From Sarea resinae (lineage: Eukaryota), in the NCBI GenBank assembly GCA_026026165.1, contig JAPEUD010000124.1:1-32026 (forward strand): a DNA stretch of 32,026 nucleotides. The letters run 5' to 3'. Of this stretch, positions 1 to 11,442 are shown in pieces (position 1 is the stretch's first letter; each line of letters starts with the position of its first letter). The notes under the pieces were generated by a model that ran no database searches, was not told the origin of the DNA, and saw only the letters and a program-made list of their open reading frames with translations. The position numbers and the translations under genes were made by a program.

Positions 1-6
1 ATCCTC

Positions 7-8
<2 letters not shown>

Positions 9-51
<43 letters not shown>
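9..51. repeat. Poly-C homopolymer (C43) at window start
   Basis: Uninterrupted C run at 9-51 followed by A8. Confidence 0.95.
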
Positions 52-53
<2 letters not shown>

Positions 54-152
54 AAAAAAGAACTACTAGAACCCGGCTCGTCTGGGCTATAGGTGCCTAT
101 CTGCCTACTATATAGCGCAGCGCCGCGCACCTTATATAATATCTTCTACAAC

Positions 153-519
153 CACACGCACACACACACACAAACATACATACACACATAGATAGCTTGT
201 ATCTTCCAGTCTAGTAGTCAAAGAAGAAGACTTTAAGACAACAATAAAGGAGGAAAATAAACCAAGGTAGGGTAGGGTAGAGTAGGGTAGGGTAGAGTAG
301 GGTAGGGTAGAGTAGGGTAGGGTAGAGTAGGGTAGGGTAGAGTAAGGTAAGGCAAGGCAAGGTAAGATAGGGAAAGATAAGGGAAAAAGGTAGACGGACA
401 GGTATATATATATATATATATATAGATATATATATAGATATATATATACAGCGACTTCGAGCACAGCACATCTCAAGACGTGTTAGAACATCTGGTCTAA
501 AAATCCAGATGCCTGAAAA

Positions 520-550
<31 letters not shown>
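153..550. repeat. Compound microsatellite block: (CA)n 153-190, pentamer array 266-385, (TA)n 403-448, (AG)14 523-550
   Basis: Read directly. The pentamer array includes a 15-bp higher-order unit (GGTAG GGTAG AGTAG) about 5 times at 271-345. Confidence 0.95.
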
Positions 551-553
<3 letters not shown>

Positions 554-782
554 GCACTGCTAAAGATAATAGGTTGATTGAGCTATATAAAAATGTATCT
601 CGACACATTCTCCCCCTCCCGCCACCGAACCCGCTCACGGAATCAACATCTGTCAAAGGGAAAGGTTTTTAAAAGCTCGTACATTCCTTGCTCTCCCCTC
701 TCCGTGCCGCTCCCTCCAGAAAGCGACAGTAACACGAAAAAGAAAGAAAGAAAAGAGGAAAGCCAAAAAAAGGCAAAGCGGA

Positions 783-2977
783 TTAAACGACCTTATCATC
801 GCGGTGCTCCCTCTCGCGCTCCCACCGGGTGCCGGGCTCATAATCGACCGACTCCTCCTCGTACAGGATCTCGGGCTCGACGTCCATGCGCAGGAGGTAG
901 CGCTTGAAGAAATACGGCACCTGGCGGGCGCCATAGGCGGCGTGGATGTGCGTCGGCACGCTGAAGACCTGGTCGAGCTCCTCGAGCGTCTTGCCCTTGG
1001 TCTCGGGCAGGAAGAACAGCACCAGGAAAAAGCCGACGACGTTCCAGGCCGCATACCAGCCAAAGGCGCCTTGGGGTTTGAAGCGCTTGAGCAGCGACGG
1101 CCACGTGATGGAGAGCACGAAGTTGAAGAACCACGTCGTCGCGGTGGCGAGTGACATGCCGTACGCGCGCACGTAGAGCGGGTAGGCTTCGGCTGAGTAC
1201 GTGAAGGGCACGGGGCCCTCGCCGGGTGAGTAGACGATTCCGAAGAGGTAGATGCCCAGTGCGATACAGCCGACGTGGGCCGTCTTGCCCGGGATCCAGA
1301 ATGAGAAGCCCGTGAAGAGCAGGGCGAGCGCCATCAGGGGAAACGTGGTCAGAAGTAGGTTACGCCGCCCGAACGTATCGATCGTGTAGATGGCCGGGAT
1401 CGCAAAGAGCCAGTTGATGATGCCGAAGCCGAGCGAGGCCGACAGCGCCGAGATGGTCGAGAAGCCCGCGTTCAGGAAGATGTTGGAAGAGTAGTAGGCG
1501 ATGACGTTGACGCCGCAGAACTGACGCATGTTGTTAGCGGTTGTGAGAAAGAAGGCAGAAGGAACAGGAGAAGATGGAAAAGAAGAAGAAAAAGGAGAAG
1601 GGAAAAAGGAGAAAAGGGGAAAGGGAGAAAAGGGGGAAAGGAAAAAAAGAGAAAATCAAAAAGAATTACCTGCTGCATGAACATGACAATCTCGGATCCA
1701 ATCATGGCGCGGCGGTTCCTCGGCACGTTGATAATCTCCATGACCTTGCTCTGGCCCAGCTTCATCTTCGCCTCGGCCTCGAGCAGCGTGTGCATATAGA
1801 AGACGTCTCGGGCGGCCTGGATCTTGCTGTAGCGCAGCTTGCACATGGACTCGTAGGCGCGCGAATGCCGGCCCTTGCTCACGTACCAGCGCGGCGACTC
1901 CGGGCACATGAAGACGAACATGACGACGATGACGGCGGGCAGCATGGCCGAGGCCATCATGAGCCGCCACCGGAGACCCGTGATGTTATGTTTGTCAGGC
2001 ACATGGTAGAAGACCAGATCGGCGACGTAGCCAAACATGATGCCAAAGGCCGTCCACATCTGCCACTGCATGACCAGCGCACCTCGAATGGCGGGCGGAG
2101 TCGTCTCGGCAGCGTAGATGGGCACCGTGGCCGATTTGGGGCCGATGCCGAACCCGAGGAAGAACCGTGCCACGAACATGGACCACCAGGTGTTGACAAA
2201 GCCTTGCCAGAAGCAGGCCAGGGCCGAGAAGGTGCAGGTGAGGAAGATGGTACCGCGGCGGCCGAAGAGGTTGTTGAAAGGGATGGTGAGCCAGCAGCCC
2301 ATGAAGGCGCAGCAGAGATAAGGTGCCGAGTTCAGAAGACCGGTGAGCCATGTGGACCGTTCATCGCCGTTGTCGATGCCGAATTGGACCGTGTAGAAGA
2401 TTTGGCCGCCATTGACGACGGTCTCGTCTGGATGTTGCGTCAGCTGAAATCGACGGCGAAAAAGGAGTCAATAAAACGTACCCATTCCCTGGACAGCCGC
2501 ACACAGGGAACACAGAATGATGACCAGATAAAGCAGTTTCGGCTGAGACCAGCGATTCGTATACTCCTTCCTCAGGATCTCCAACTCCTCCTCATCGAGG
2601 CCCTTGACCGAATCATACGCCGCGGGATTCCGAGCCAGGACGGCTCCGAGTCTGAAAGCACGCACATCGCTGGCATCACCAATGTAGTACTTATGGGCGT
2701 ATTCGGCGCCCATCTCCTCGAGTTCCGCATGGCTGTATTCCGCCAGCGGGTTGGCCAGCTTGGCATTCAGGTTGCGCCGGGCTCGCTCTGCCGCCGTGAT
2801 GGAGTTCGCGCGGGAGGTGTAGGCGACCGAGTGCTGGCGCGAGGCCATGCCCGGGCGGCTGCCAGGACGACTGCCGGGCCGGCTGCTGGGCTGGCTGTGC
2901 CGACCGACTCGTTCGACCTCGGTCTGATGCACGCCCAGATGGCTGTTGTCGCCAGATTTCTCGATTGAATCCGCCAT
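783..2977 (-). CDS. MFS sugar porter, polyol/pentose/inositol transporter-like subfamily; exons 2977-2482, 2427-1670, 1520-783; 663 aa
   Basis: Motifs NAKLANPL, QGMDETVVNG (made across intron 1), GRRGTIF, IGPKSATVPIYAAE, PESPRW, QQFCGVN (made across intron 2), DTFGRR and PETKGKTLEE. Introns 2428-2481 (GTACGT..GCTGAC..CAG) and 1521-1669 (GTAATT..GCTAAC..CAG). The 1992 nt total is in frame. Confidence 0.93.
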
Positions 2978-3526
2978 TTTCTCTATCTATGCTTACGGCA
3001 GATTTCCCAATAAATGATGATGATGGTGTGAGATCTGCCATGGCTTGATGAGCGCTGGAATTCATTGATGACGATTAGGTTGGCTCTGGCGTACCTCTGG
3101 AGTGATGATCCCCTCTATACCTGTTTCAACACCAGGCTGTTTTCACCATGAAAGCAAGCCTCGCATCTACGCTGCACTTCAGATCAAGCGTGCGACAATT
3201 GCACAGGAAGATACGAGACGAGGGGGGAAATGAGAAAAGAGAAGAAAGTTCTTTTCTTCTACGGCAGGGAGGGGGGGCTGGCGGTCTTGATATACGGTGA
3301 CACGGATATCGATGGCACTGATTCCGCGTACGACAGCGGCACAGAACCAAGGCTGAAAGAAGCCATGATTAGTGGAAGCCAGCCGCAGGAGTGAGCCATG
3401 TACGCCTCCTCCGCTGCCTGCCTGCCAGTCGGCGGCCAGCCAGCCAGCCAGCCTTGCCTCGACCCATTGGACGAGCATGGAAGAAGTTGGTACTGCTGGC
3501 GTTGGTACCGTTTGCAACTTAGCCTG

Positions 3527-3637
3527 GCGGGGTAACATGGGGTTATCTGGAGAAAGGCGCGAAGGCCGAGCGAGTAGTGGCAGCGCGCAGGTGGGGACTG
3601 GGGATAGAGCTGGGGCATAGACTGGGATAGACTGGGG
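3527..3637 (+). promoter_or_regulatory. Cluster of six SYGGRG (CreA/Cre1/Mig1-type) sites upstream of the transporter
   Basis: GCGGGG 3527, CTGGAG 3547, GTGGGG 3591, CTGGGG 3598, 3610 and 3632. The last ones lie in a degenerate ~11-bp tandem unit ACTGGGGATAG. Confidence 0.5.
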
Positions 3638-6139
3638 ATAGTGCTACTAGAGCACGTAAACGATGGAGAGCACCCTATGCCACTGAGCTGCTAGTAATGC
3701 AGACACCATCTGGCGCATGCAGGGAATAACAGTGAATCGAGGCAAGTCATCAATGAGCACTCGGGTCCAACAAGCCCGTCTTCAGCGGACGAGACACAGA
3801 AGAGGCTCAAAGAAAGGCAGAGAGGAGAGACAAAGGAGATTGGACGATGGTGAACTCGTCCACTTTACGTCGCATCGGGCATGAAGCGAAGCGAAGCGAG
3901 AGAGAGAGATCAAATGGAATGCGGAGAGAGATAGAGTTAGATGGAAGTACTCCGTACCTGGCTCTAAGGGACGACTAACCGCACCTTCAGGTATTGCTTC
4001 TCCGCATCTCTCGTCCGAGGTACGAGGTATCAAGGACGAAGTACTCAAGACGAAATAGTCTCTCTTGAATGCCTTCCTGTGAAGAGTTGGAGGCCTGCAC
4101 GATCCACCGTCGTGATCAGCCTCAGGAGCAGTCCCAGATCCGCCATGGCTGCTGGCGTCCATGGCCGCGGGCAATGGCCAAGATCCAAGTCCGAGCACGT
4201 CGAGAATGGATCATGGATCAATGGCTCCATGTACCCCGGAGGATGCAGGCCAGAGGCAGACAGGTTAGTGACACGGAGGCAGCCTACTCCGTACACCAAG
4301 GACCAAATCGGAACGCCCAATGGCTCTGCAGTCCCCGCACTCGCCCCTATCGTCGAAGCCGTCAGTCTTGACCGTCGCCGTCTCCCCGTAGTCGAACAGG
4401 AGAGTACTCCGTAATGGACGGGCCAGGCACTCGGGGACCCTGATGCGCAAGAGCTGCGAAGCGGTCGTGTGTCCCAGATAGCAGGTACGAGAGACCTGAG
4501 ATGGCCGCTCAGATGAGCCTCGACACAAGTACTGTGTACCTCTCAGTCCTCCCGCTATTTCCTTTCGCAAATGGAGAGACGAGTAAGACGGTGCGCCAGG
4601 GCCTAGCAGCATGAAGCCATTTGCGCATCATCTCCAGGATCTGTCCCCAGAATCCCTGATCAGCCAGGCCGACCAAGGACGCGGCACAGGACGCAAGTCA
4701 AGTCCAGTCATCCGTGATCATCGGATGCCCACCGTCCACTGTCGTCTTCTCCACGCCCTGGATCCTGGACGTACGCCGGAGTAGTACCAGGTGCGACGCC
4801 AATCCGAAATGGCGCCAGTAAACGAGATGAGTCGGCTCGCGAGACCCTCGATGCCTTCGCTACGTCGCAAGTACTCCGATAGAACCGGGGAAGGGAAAGT
4901 GGAGAAACACATCTCCCACGGCCTTCGTAGCATCTTCGAGATCAACAACCACATGGAGGATCAAAACTCACCTCTCCGCGTATTCTTACCGTAAACGCCC
5001 CCTTCTACCATGCATGCATAGGCTTCGACTTTCCACGCCTTGGCATCCACACCCACCACCACCACCACCACCGCTTTACTATGAGTACAGCCTCGTGAAC
5101 AGACGATCCCGTGACGGCATGACGACAGCGGCGTCCGTCTTTTCTTTCACAAAAGGCCTGCACGCACGCCACGCGAGAAGGACCGAAAATGTCTGAAAGG
5201 ATAGAGGCCCGTAAGGGATGGCATGGGGCTCGTGCCTCACGCCACCTGTCTCGCTCCACCGGCGTTGTGTGTGCGTGTGTGAGTGCCTTCTAGCGCCCTG
5301 GGTGGACGGGCCGTGACCACGGGAGGTGGAAGAAAGAAGAGAAGTCCGGACAGGAAGGAAAAGAGGAAAAAGACTATATGAACCACTCAGTGCTGCCGAT
5401 GTGACCACCACCATTCTTTGTTTCCATGTCAGATCACCATCTCGCAGACAGAGCAGAGCGATCGGATCTGTCTTCTCTCCTCCGGCTCTTCGTGCTTCGG
5501 CTAGATCTCAATGCTCTAGAGTCGAGTAGTAGGGCCCACGCTCGCTCTTCGGCCTTCGCTCGTCGTGCGATCTGAGTACATAGTAGTGCAAATTCTCCGA
5601 CAGCATGGCCTACTCCAGTACGTAGAAGAGTAGCAGAGGTAGTATCGCACGTAGCAGCAACCTACGGTAGGTCGGTAGGTCGGTATGTACCTACCTAGTA
5701 TCCCCACATCGGCTCCTCCCACCATCTCCATATCTCCACACCTCCGCAATCTTCAGAGATTCGATGAAACGTACCAAGCCCGCCAGGGACATGACATCCA
5801 TCGTACATATGTACCACGCGCGGCGATACTCCACTTTTTTCGCGTCTAGAAACCGCGCGGGAAAGGCCAAGAGGACGTGGCGTACGCGCTGAGAGTGGCA
5901 TGATTGGTATATGCACATGGGATGAGAGAGGATCACAGCCTCGAATAGTGATTACACGGACGATATTCGTGGCAGAGGGGATTCTAGTGGTTGTGCCGGA
6001 TACATGGCGGTTGTCGACTGCTGCACCATCCACTACAAAATCTGTACCTGATGGGATGTCTAGACTGCCCCTCGTCAGGAGGGTATGCTTCTATTCGGAA
6101 TGACCGTTAATCGAAATCGTAAAGTCGTAGACATCGTCG

Positions 6140-9100
6140 TCACATCAAGCTGCATGGCCGAGATGGCTCATTCTCCCCAGCCTCGCTCTCTCTCTCATCC
6201 CGACCACTTTGCGTCTTCTTCCCCGCGCCGTCTCTTTCATCCTCGCTCATGTCGTCTTCGTCGGCCCCTTCCTCGATATTCCCCATATGCTCTCCATGAG
6301 CCTCTGGCTCACACTCCCCATCGTCTTTGCTTACGCCGCCATGACCATCATCTTCGATTTCATCCCGCTTACCAGCTCCCATCATCTCCTCTTTCTCTCG
6401 CGTCAAGATATCGATAGCCTGCTCAGCTGCCCTGGTCTCTGCTTCTATCTTGTTTCCAGTCCTCTGCACTCGGACAATCCTCCTGTTGCCAACTTCTACA
6501 ACGCACCAGACCTGTTTCTCCTTTTTCTCCTCTCCTTCTCCATATCCATCTCCTTTCGTCGCCTCCTTCTCTTGCTCTTGCCTCGTCTCTTCCTCCTCCT
6601 TCTCCTCCTCGTCCTCTTGTGACTCCCAAAGATACCTTACCTTTGCATTGACAGCCACCCGACCCAATTCCTCCTTTGGATGCAAAAGACGGATGTCCTC
6701 GGCCAAAATTCGCCGCAGATACCGCAATATCCCAATCTTCTCAGCAACCAGAGCACAGACAGCCATGTCACCTTTGGAATCCACATAGACAGCACCAAGA
6801 AGACTTTCGATGATGTCTGAAAAGAACTTATATCTCTCCCCATCTAAAGCTGCAAGAAGAGTCCAAGGATATTTCGTTCCCCGTAGAAGTGCATCCAAGA
6901 TCCGATCTCGAAGGCCGACATGAAGTCGCATGCAGTCTTGCTGAAGTTGAGCGATGTTTCGCGAACCGTGCCGCATGAATTTCCAAAATTGATGAGATAC
7001 AGAGGTTTCGATTTCGTGGAAGGTCTTCGTCTTGGGGTCCCCAATGATGTCGAATCTCTCCTGTCCAATAGACCATTCCAAGCATAAAAAGGTAAGGAAA
7101 TCTGCGTTAACCAGGACCGTTCTCATCAGGTGCATGTCTTGATGCGAGATCTCTTTCTGCTCGAAAATGTTTGAAACGACGATGTTGTCCAATACTGCAT
7201 CTCCAAGAAATTCAAGGCGCTGGTAAGGCTCCCTTGCAGTTTCGCCTTGAAAGGATGGGTGTGTCATTGCCTCGATCAGCAAGAGCTTCTTGTTGAACTT
7301 GTATCCAATAAGCTCTTCAAGTTCCAGGAAATGAGGCGGGAGCGGGACGGTCAATGCTATTCGTCCGTATAGAGAAGCATGCCTATTAGAAAGAGATAAC
7401 CAAGGTAATTCCGGCAGAAATGTTCTCAGACATGAGAGGGCTCTGTTCATCCCACCATCCAGATATGCAGCACCAATAAGCGCTTCCACAACGTCTGCCA
7501 GTACCTTAGTAGATAGTTGACGTTTTCCTTCACTTGTAGCCGTGAGGAGAATAGAGTTATAATACGGACGCCATTTTTGTCCCGTGAAAGGTTCGGCAAT
7601 GATGAAGCGATCAAGTCCAGTACGTAAAGCAGATCGGGCAAGGTTCGAATTTGAGACAATTCTATCCTTTTTTCTAGAGAGAAACCCCTCGGGCCAAGTG
7701 GGATACTTTGCCAAAAGTTCGATAGAAGTGCACATCTTCAGAATACTGTCCCCAAGGAACTCCAGCCTCTGATAATTAGTACGTTCCCGTGCTGAGGAGG
7801 CACAAATAGCTGTGAAAACAAGACTGCGATCGTGAAATCGAATAGAGGATAAGGTATCAGCGCACAGACTCTCAACAATCATGGACACCGCACATCGGTG
7901 CATTATAGAAGGGATCAAGAGAGCGCTCATAGAGTAGGCAAGGGGTAAGTTATCAACCATACACCGATCTGCAGGAAGATAAGCTGTCGACTTTGGAGCA
8001 TCAGAAGTGGACCGTAGAACTTCAACAGCCGGATGAAGGAAGTCTCTTCTTTTCGGAAATTTGGAGGCCTCAATAAAAACCTCTTCTGTCGAAGATACAT
8101 CTCCCTCAGATTGGCATGCGATGAAAGCGCCTTTCGTTAGGCTTTTGAAAATATGGACTTTTCCATGATCAGAGATATCACGTATCAGCCCAACTTCGAT
8201 ATTCCCTACACCTAGAGAGAAAATATCTGTGGCAGCCCTGGTGCCAGCCATGGAAGAGTACCAAGCATCCAGAAGTTGTGGTTTCAGATTGGGGCAAAAG
8301 AATGCCGGGAAGTCGAGTCGTATTTCTTTGATGCGAGACCTGAAAACGGAGAAGAGAAGCAAATGAGTAACACTGGAGACCGTCGGAAGGTCCTTGATCG
8401 TATAACAAGCCGTCTTGGAAGTAGAAATGGTCACCTCGTAGGTCTCGTTTTCGGTCCAGTACAACGGAAACGCCATCCCCTGAAGAAGCGGGCATGGCAA
8501 GACAATAGATAAATCTGGGAATTGTTGTTTTCGAGTACGTACTTGAACGGTACTCGAGTAAAGCGTGTCTGCATGCTGCATTTTCTCCGCCACACCGATC
8601 CAGGGGTTGAAAAGCTCCGAAACTGCTACTATTGCTGGGATTTTGGATAGAAAGCTTTCGTCCGGATCCTCTTCTTCGTCACTTAATACTGGCAGTAGAT
8701 TGTCATTGACAAGTCCTCCCTTATGGAGCGCAACGTAAGCTTGAAAACAAGCGTCCTTTTTTGCCATCTTTTCTGTATTCCAGGACGACGAGCCATGAGC
8801 TGTCCGAAGAGATGAGTCGACGGAGCTTGGGAGCAGGACCGAGGCAGACAGTCGCCCCGTAGACGCATCCTCCGAGATGAAGAATTCCGGGCGTACATCG
8901 ACATATTTCTTTGTTGAAACAGTGGCACAAAAATGATATAAATGATGCTTCGCACTGTCGAGTATGAGAAGTGCCCTACCAACGTTAGCTCAACAGAGAC
9001 AGCTTCTTAGGTAACAAACCCTGTGGATTCAACGCGGTATTGATAGCCGTCAGCTTCATTGATGTCTTCTCTCGCTCTGAGATTTTGAACCAATCTCATG

Positions 9101-11007
9101 TCGTCTTCGTAGGCCCCTTTCATCTCCTGTTCAAGTTGAGAATACTTGTCGGTTGTGGCAGAATGCTCATCTCCTCCAAACATCAGAACATATTTCGACT
9201 TGGCCTTCCTGGCGCGGCCTCGTCGCTGGATAAAAGATCTTAAATTGGGAGGCTTGCTGAAGCAAATCACAATGTGGCAGGCAGATATATCAATGCCTTC
9301 CTCTAAAACGCTTGTGCCGATAACGAGGTTCTTCTTGCTCTCTTTGAGCTGTTTGAGAGAATCCCACTGACCAGTGATATCGACTAGATCACCTATGCTA
9401 TCCTTGCGTCTAGGATTTCCAGAAGCACCAACGAAGGTACCGCATTTTAGCAGGTGCTTGGTCCTCGGATGCACAGATAATAGGTGGGAGAGAACGGCTA
9501 CAGTCGCGCGCTGCTGTACAAAAGCTAGACCGGTGAAACTGAGGCTCGATTCTTCGACAAGCACATCGATGAAGCATTCCACTTTAGGCGATATCTGAGT
9601 ACTAGATGCGCTCAGTTCTGGACAAAAGATTTGGGTTTCAGTTCCAGTCAATTTCTTGTAAAGATAGTCGATTTCTTCGTCATTGCACTCAAGCTGGAGC
9701 TGAGTATTCGCTCTCACTGCGGCAGTGAACTTCGCGATACATGAAGAGATGTAAAAACTTGTCGCCCATGCACCAAGTTCTTCATGAATGTGTTCTGCCT
9801 TTTGAAGGAACTTCCTAAGCTGATCCTGGCAGTAAGTCTTTTTGTTGAGGAGCGTTCTTTTCAGCTGCCTTTGATCGTTCGTATCCTGGCTGAGGCTGAG
9901 AGCTACCACGTAGGGATCTTTCCTGATATCAAGATTCTCGTAGAGTGTGCGAAGGACTCTCAGGGACTTTGGATCCTCCATCTCGGGAGGAGGATAGACT
10001 ACCTGTCGCAGTTCAGGAGGATGTACATACTGAAGCAATTCTTGCCGATGCAACTTCGGAGTCTTGCTGACAGCATCGAGATTCTGCTCCACGATCCTGG
10101 AAAGTCAAACCAAGGAGTTTTGCTGCACTAGGGGCACTTACTGAAGACCGTCCACCTTTCCAGTCGTGTTCGGACAGGCCGTCAAGCCTAAAATGTGAGG
10201 TATGCTTGCATCTTCCTGTTCCAGCAATGGATGATAAAAGTGGCGCATTATTCGATTAGCCGCATGCGATTGAGTGCAGTGGTGAGCTATCAACATCAGT
10301 TCATGATATCCTGGACTCTGATCAGGTCTCCTATGAGTATGCCACCTTCATCAAATACAATCAAAGCCAGATTGTTCATAGATACAAAGCCATGAGTTAA
10401 AGCATCGAACAATATCTGATGAGTAGAGACCACTATGCGTACATTCGTCAGTGCAGCATCCCAAATATGTTGTTCTCCCCAATATTCAACATTGTCAATG
10501 CCGCTGAGGAATCGACATTGAAAAGCCGGGAGCAGAGTCGAGATGACTTCATATTGCTGTTGGCATAAAGAGACTGTCGGTGCGAGAAACCAGACAAGCT
10601 GTGAGTGGGCCATGAATCAGAAACGTGCACGAACTTTTTCAGGAAGGACTTTCATTACTTTCTCGGGCGAACATATCTCGAGCTCGGCCCCAATCCGCAT
10701 AACCGCTCTGATAAGTGAATGTATTAACAAATCGTATCGTATGAAGCACCCCTAAGTGGATTGATCCATTTGATATATCTAGATATCTCGTTTGTAGTAT
10801 TGTGGCCCATACATTTGAGTCTTCCCGCTCCCAGTATCCATCTAGTAGCACTTAGTTCTTATTTGCTGTCCACTATCACGAAGGAAGAATGCCTACCGCA
10901 ACGATGATGTTTCGACGCTTACTCTCTTCGAACATCTCCAACTGATAGGCGCGGGGTCGCAGATTGGACCCATCGTTGGAATCACTTGACCCCACTGCTC
11001 CGTTCAT
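6140..11007 (-). CDS. dcl2: Dicer-like protein 2; exons 11007-10897, 10841-10813, 10707-10659, 10598-10346, 10286-10142, 10096-9020, 8975-6140; 1499 aa
   Basis: Helicase: [17 protein letters not shown] (Walker A), [26 protein letters not shown]. Dicer dimerisation domain (HLYHFC..RPEF). Two RNase III domains ([48 protein letters not shown]). C-terminal dsRBD (HPKEELG). No recognisable PAZ, which fits fungal DCL2. Six GT-AG introns give 4500 nt in frame. Confidence 0.93.
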
Positions 11008-11442
11008 TATGGCTGGAGGCAAAGGAATGTAGGAGATGCTTCCGGACTACATTATTCAACAAGAGGGATGGAGAGATACAGAGGTGGAGATTTACAACTT
11101 GCCATGTCGGCCGATCGCCGATGGCGTCCAATAGGCTCCAGCTGTGAAACCCTGAATGAATGCGTTGGAGTTTGTGTTGCCGCTTATTTTATACTGCACA
11201 GCTGAGCACCAAAGACGGCAGAAGCCGAGCTTCTTGACCTTAAACATGCCGACATCAATACGTCTATTTACTGCTTTTTTATGGCCAACAGTCAACACGG
11301 AATGTGAATTCTCTACGGAGACTTCGCGGTCTACCTATCTTGAAGCTGTCTAGACTACAAGTTGCGTGAGCCATAAGCATCCTACATGCTGCCATAGCGA
11401 AAGACAATTAAATCGTGAACACCGCCCTAGCGCTCCAAGACA

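Noticed and set aside
266..345. (GGGTA)n as a telomeric repeat or CRISPR-like array
   Set aside because: Not TTAGGG, internal, degenerate and without unique spacers, in a eukaryotic context.
132..522. ORFs with LPYST/YIYI repeats
   Set aside because: Translations of pentamer and (TA)n microsatellites, with no coding signature.
1574..2968. 464-aa plus-strand ORF antisense to the transporter
   Set aside because: Shadow ORF expected from strong C/G-ending codon bias; its N-terminus is a translated polypurine intron.
2924..3041. Alternative first coding exon of the transporter (ATG 3041, donor GTAAGC at 2996)
   Set aside because: The in-frame acceptor has no branch-point consensus, and ATG 2977 has good context.
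3179..6103. Many 60-140 aa ORFs between the transporter and dcl2
   Set aside because: No recognisable domains or consistent splice structure; read as regulatory spacer.
7640..7652. GGTTCGAAT resembling a tRNA T-loop
   Set aside because: Lies inside the dcl2 coding exon with no cloverleaf stems.
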